Of a DNA stretch of 51,790 nt, positions 46,740 to 51,790 are shown piece after piece. Source of the DNA: Octopus sinensis. Lineage: Eukaryota. The position numbers and the translations under genes are program-made. Position 1 is the stretch's first letter; each line of letters starts with the position of its first letter. Location: positions 1 to 51,790 of the forward strand of contig NW_021833971.1 in NCBI RefSeq assembly GCF_006345805.1. The letters are read 5' to 3'. The notes beneath the pieces were generated by a model. That model was not told the DNA's origin. It made no database searches and saw only the letters and a program-made list of their open reading frames with translations.

Positions 46740-47300
46740 GAAAGTATCTTTTAAATTTTAAGAAAATTTTGAATATTTTCATCGTTCCAGACATCATGCT
46801 CATTTGTTGCATATGAATTAAGGATTTGAATTCTCTCCCCAAAGATCGCGAGTTTAGACATACTTTGTCCCAGACGAGTTGCTATGTGTTCTGCGAGTTG
46901 GCGGCGAGTTGGCAGAATCGTTAACACGCCGAACTAAATGCTTAGCGGTATTTCGTCTGCCGTTATGTTTTGAGTTCAAATTCCGCCGAGGTCGACTTTG
47001 CCTTTCATCCTTTCGGGGTCGATAAATTAAGTACCAGTTACGTACTGGGGTCGATGTAATCTACTTAATACCTATGTCTGTCCTTGTTTGTCCCCTCTAT
47101 GTTTAGCCCCTTGTGTGTAATAAAGAAATAGGTATGTGTTCTGTTACTCCAATAATAATAGGTATGAAGCCGAAAGTGCATCTTTGGGTGCTGATTTGCA
47201 AACTCCTTATCAATGGTCCATTGATGTCCTCTTTCTCTTGTATTTTTCGAACCACAATTGGTGTCGACAAGGCAGCTGATTTTTCAAAACTGAACATATC
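46740..47300 (-). mobile_element. R4/Dong-like RLE C-terminal fragment
   Basis: KIQEKEDINGPLIRSLQ..FIPIIIG and GTMKIFKIFLKF. Confidence 0.75.
46900..47130 (+). mobile_element. SINE family B monomer in the R4 fragment
   Basis: Near-TSD gctatgtgttctg (46881-46893) / ggtatgtgttctg (47131-47143). Confidence 0.9.
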
Positions 47301-47404
47301 TTTTCTTTATGGTCCTACACAACGATATCGGACCGGTTGTGTTTTAACTTGATGGTATGTATGCATGTATCTATGTATATCTCTTCTATTTTTTAATTAT
47401 TATA

Positions 47405-48240
47405 AATCTTCCACTGATGAGAGAGCCGGTTTCCAACAAAGATGCAAGGCTCCATCATTGGGATGTAGTTAACACAGACAAATTCACACTTGGAACTCGA
47501 GAAAAGTCTTGCATATTTGTACTGTTCCACTCACAGATTGAACTTGTAATGTACGAATCAGCCGATCAATTTCTCTTTCTGAAAATCCCAGTTTATCCAG
47601 ATTCTACTTTAAGCATTTACGAACAAAACCTAGTGTTCCAATTATTATTCGTATATCGTCTGGATATAGAAGCTGGAGGTTTCGAAGCAATTGTCCATAG
47701 ATATCCTCTTTGTCTTTGATTTTCAAAGAGATATTTATATCTGCAGGGCAGCTGACCCCTCTGTCCCAAACAACAATATCGGATCTGTTATGCTTATATT
47801 TAACAGAAGTTTTCATGGGAATATTCCACCAGTATTCCTTGAGTTGGTGTTTATAAATGTATTCCATAACAGAGGGATTTTCTAAGTTTATTTCAGGACA
47901 GTCTTTTTTGCGGATGGCATTGCAAATTGTTTTAGCAACGACATCGTGCCGCATAGGGAGGAAGTACTGTGACGACATTTTAGGACAGCTGCTAATCACA
48001 TGCGTGATGTCTTCCACAGAAACATGACATAACCTACACATGGAGTTGCATCTTATGATTACAAGAGCGTCACTGTCTCTCTTGTTCACCAGCTCCTTTG
48101 CGACAATCCCCTGTTCCTGAATTGCAAATGTATAGCCGTCAAAGTGTGATGTGATGCGGTTGTCCTGTGTCCGAGAGAGGCTGTGCTTCGTGTCAATTCT
48201 ACTGTCTTCTTCAAGCTTCCGGGCAACATTCCCATATATG
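47405..48240 (-). mobile_element. R4/Dong-like 3' fragment (CCHC + RLE + 3' UTR)
   Basis: CRLCHVSVEDITHVISSCPKM..RHDVVAK, HNRSDIVVWD|VSCPADINISLKIKDKED (short deletion) and GTLGFVRKCL. Confidence 0.88.
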
Positions 48241-48264
48241 GTCTTTTTTTTGTATGATGAGTGC

Positions 48265-48600
48265 TTTATGTATGTATGTATGTATGTATGTATGTATGTA
48301 TGTATGTATGTATGTATGTATGTATGCATGCATGCATGTATGTATGCATGTATATATGTTTGTTTGTATGCATGTATGTATGGATGCATGTATGGATGTA
48401 TGCATACATGTATGTATGTATGCATGTATATATGTTTGTATGTATGCATGCATGCATGTATGTATGCATGTATGCTTGCGTGCATGTATGTATGTATGCA
48501 TGTATGCATGTATATATGTTTGTATGTATGCATGCATGTATGTATGCATGTATATATGTTTGTTTGTATGCATGTATGTATGCATGCATGTATGTATGTG
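48265..48600. repeat. (ATGT)n/(ATGC)n compound microsatellite
   Basis: Direct inspection. Confidence 0.95.
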
Positions 48601-49019
48601 TGCGCGTATATATACAAAGAGAGGGGGAAGAGAAACAGAAAAATAGAAAAATAGATAGATGGATGGACAGATGGATAGATTGATAGATAGATAGAAAGAC
48701 AGACAGACTGACAGGCAGATAGGCAGATAGATCGATAGATAGATATGAACTTTTATATGGAAAAGTTTGACTGAGTGTGAGTACCTGTATATGTATAAAC
48801 ATCCGCATATGTATATGCATATGTGTGTTTGTAAATGTATGTGTGTACGTGTGTTTGTTTAAAGTTGCATATGATTTACTTTCGACTCTTAAGGATTGAT
48901 TACATCCAGCGGTAAAAGCAGGCTAACCGATGACGATGGTGATTATGGAGTCGATGAAGACAACGGTTTGTTTATAAATGTTATCGCTCCCGTCTCTCGA
49001 AGCTCCTGGCTGCATTTAC

Positions 49020-49129
49020 CCTATCTTTGAAAACTCGTCTAACATTACAGAAGTTGGAATACCAACTGTTCTCGTTGACATCCAATTTGTGGGCAACGAA
49101 AGGTGACCATCGTAGGAGTTGCTGCTTAT
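49020..49129 (-). CDS. Candidate isolated 110-bp internal exon, product unknown
   Basis: Acceptor ctatttcacag and donor GG|gtaaat. Two frames are open (ISSNSYDGHLSLPTNWMSTRTVGIPTSVMLDEFSKIG or DKQQLLRWSPFVAHK...). No homology is recognised. Confidence 0.3.
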
Positions 49130-49309
49130 CTGTGAAATAGTTTATGAGCAGAGATTTTCCCCCAAAATAAAAACCCCCTGACATGTCAGAAATGGATATA
49201 AACATAGATGTTGATTTAATACTTTCCTTGTTGAATAAGCTTGACTTCTTTATTTTAGGCCGGTAAAAGTAAGTATTACCAGCAACATGAACAGGTGTGT
49301 GTGTGTTTA

Positions 49310-49347
<38 letters not shown>

Positions 49348-49383
49348 TGTGTGTGTGTTTGTGGTGTGTGTGTTTGTGTTGTG

Positions 49384-49418
<35 letters not shown>

Positions 49419-49429
49419 GTTTGTGTGTT

Positions 49430-49463
<34 letters not shown>

Positions 49464-49512
49464 TGTCGGTGTTTGTGTGTGTGTGTGTGTTTGTGTTTGT
49501 GTGTGTGTGTGT

Positions 49513-49553
<41 letters not shown>

Positions 49554-50293
49554 ATGGTCGCACATTAAAATAACTGAAACAAGTAAAATCAAAGACAAAT
49601 TTAAACGACAGAAAAAAATAATTAAAAAAAAACGTAATAACAAAAACCGTTCAGAGAAATCTAGGAAGCCCTGGGGCTCACCCTCAATTTCTTGTGACCG
49701 TGGCCCCTACGTTTCATCCTACAACTTCACATACTGCCCCCCCCCACACTTAAGGCCGACCTTCAACATTCAGCCTTACTTAAGCTGTGTTCGACATTGA
49801 GATTTGAAGGTCAAGGTTGCACCACCCGACCTCATTCGCACCACTCCCACCCCCTGTTCCTCCTTTCTTTCTGTCTTTCTTTTTATCTTTCGTACTTCGC
49901 CACACCGCCACCCGCATACCAGCTCCACCGACACCAATGTCATCACCACAGACACATAGTCAGAGAGGGAGGACGTTATATATATGTGTATGTGTGTGCG
50001 TGTGTGTATGTATATGTGTATATATATATATATGTGTATATAAATGTATATATATATATATATATGTATGTGTGTATATATATGCATATATATGTATAAG
50101 TATATAAATTTATGTATATATATATGTATATGTGTATATATATGTATATATATATGTATATATAGACATATATACATATACATACATACACACACAAATA
50201 TATATATATATATATATATATATTTACATACATATATACATACATACATACATACACACACACCTACATATATATATATATATATATATATAG

Positions 50294-50324
<31 letters not shown>

Positions 50325-50385
50325 GTATGTGTGTGTGTGTGTGCATATTGATATATATATATAATATATATACACGCACACACAC

Positions 50386-50424
<39 letters not shown>

Positions 50425-50440
50425 ACACACATATATATAT

Positions 50441-50475
<35 letters not shown>

Positions 50476-50899
50476 CGTCCTCCCTTCTGACTAGGGTCTA
50501 TGGTGATGATATATATATATATATATATATATATGTGTATATATATATATAGTGTTATATATATATAATATATATATATATATACACACATATATAATAT
50601 ATATATAATATATATATATTAATTAATTAATAAGGGTGAGAGAATTAGATACTAATTTAATAGTATATCTATTCTACACCAAGTGGCCTAGTGCTCCGAG
50701 AAACTGGATTATTATAATATTTTATAATATATATAATATTTTTACAAAATAAATATAAGAGAGTGGTCACTATATGGCTCACTCTAGCACCAGTAAATCC
50801 AAAAGGTTTCAACCACACAAAAATACTGTTCCCATGAAAGTCAGTACGATGTTAGCTCACACGGACAGGGCAAATAAAAAATAACAAAAATACAGATTA

Positions 50900-50980
50900 T
50901 TTTGTACAATTGTTTCGCTATTAATGAATTAAATGTAATTTTACTTACAAAAAAATCCACTTGTAGCTCCTCAGCCAAAA
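50900..50980 (-). ncRNA. Type I hammerhead ribozyme, copy 1
   Basis: UUUUGG CUGAGGA GCUA...UAGC GAAA CAAUUG UA CAAAA. Stem I lacks one C. Confidence 0.8.
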
Positions 50981-51424
50981 CTATCTGGATGAAATCCATC
51001 AATCACACGCCAGATTTTACCATAACGATAAATACGCGTGTGGTTCAATTGATTACATCCGACGTTATAATTCAAATGCCCCAAATAACAGCGCGCCAAA
51101 TTTTCACGGAAAACAAATACAGCATTTAGAAAAATGCAGCATAATTATAATTATTAATAAGGGTGAGAGAATAGATACTAATTTAATAGTATATCTATTC
51201 TACACCAAGTGGCCTAGTGCTCCGAGAAACCTGGATTATTATAATATTTTATAATATATTATAATATTTACAAAATAATATAAGAGAGTGGTCACTATAT
51301 GGCTCACTCTAGCACCAGTTAATCCAAAGGTTTCAACCACAAAAATACATGTTTCCCATGAAAGTCAGTACGATTGTTAGCTCACACGGACAGGGCAAAT
51401 ACAAAATAACAAAAATACAGATTA

Positions 51425-51505
51425 TTTTGGTACAATTGTTTCGCTATTAATGAATTAAATGTAATTTTACTTACAAAAAAATCCACTTGTAGTCCTCAGC
51501 CAAAA
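51425..51505 (-). ncRNA. Type I hammerhead ribozyme, copy 2
   Basis: UUUUGG CUGAGGA (G)CUA...UAGC GAAA CAAUUG UA CCAAAA. Stem I is perfect and stem II lacks one G. Confidence 0.8.
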
Positions 51506-51790
51506 CTATCTGGATGAAATCCACTCAATCACACGCCAGATTTTACCATAACGAAAATACGCGTGTGGTTCAATTGATTACATCCGACGTTATAATTTAA
51601 ATGCCCCAACTAACAGCGCGCCAAATTTTCACGGAAAACAAATACAGCCTTTAGAAATAAATGCAGCATAATATAATTAATTAATAAGGGTGAGAGAATT
51701 AGATACTAATTTAATAGTATATCTATTCTACACAAGTGGCCTAGTGCTCCGAGAAACTGGATTATTATAATATTTTATAATATATTATAA

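Larger units (their letters stand above)
50620..51790 (-). repeat. ~528-bp tandem repeat, at least 2.2 copies (cut by window end), each full copy carrying a hammerhead
   Basis: taagggtgag recurs at 50631, 51158 and 51687. Confidence 0.95.

Noticed and set aside
47410-47445. cugaugag in the R4 3' region
   Set aside because: There is no GAAA or stem III, and the homologous region at ~14120 lacks the motif.

Overview
AT-rich eukaryotic intergenic or intronic DNA made almost entirely of microsatellites and nested, decayed mobile elements. The tRNA-derived SINE families and the microsatellite load suggest a cephalopod (octopus-like) genome; this is inferred from familiarity, not from a search. 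No intact protein-coding gene is supported, and most long ORFs in the track are translations of simple repeats. Recognisable content includes: a decayed autonomous Helitron (0.1-4.3 kb); four non-autonomous TC...CTAG Helitrons; three SINE families (called A, B and C here); fragments of R4/Dong-like, RTE, Tx1/L1-like and Penelope-like retroelements; and Tc1/mariner remnants. There are also tandem arrays with 149-, 183-, 163-, 266-, 60-, 46- and ~528-bp units, and several local inverted duplications. The most striking signal is a set of unrelated type I hammerhead ribozyme motifs with palindromic stem III: a ~528-bp tandem retrozyme-like unit, a head-to-head inverted pair, and two core or stem variants. 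Second, SINE B appears to be a target-biased system: it shares its 3' tail with a Tx1-like LINE, its TSDs begin with GGT, and it forms headless multimers at its own internal GGT. All coordinates were read by eye and may be off by a few bases.
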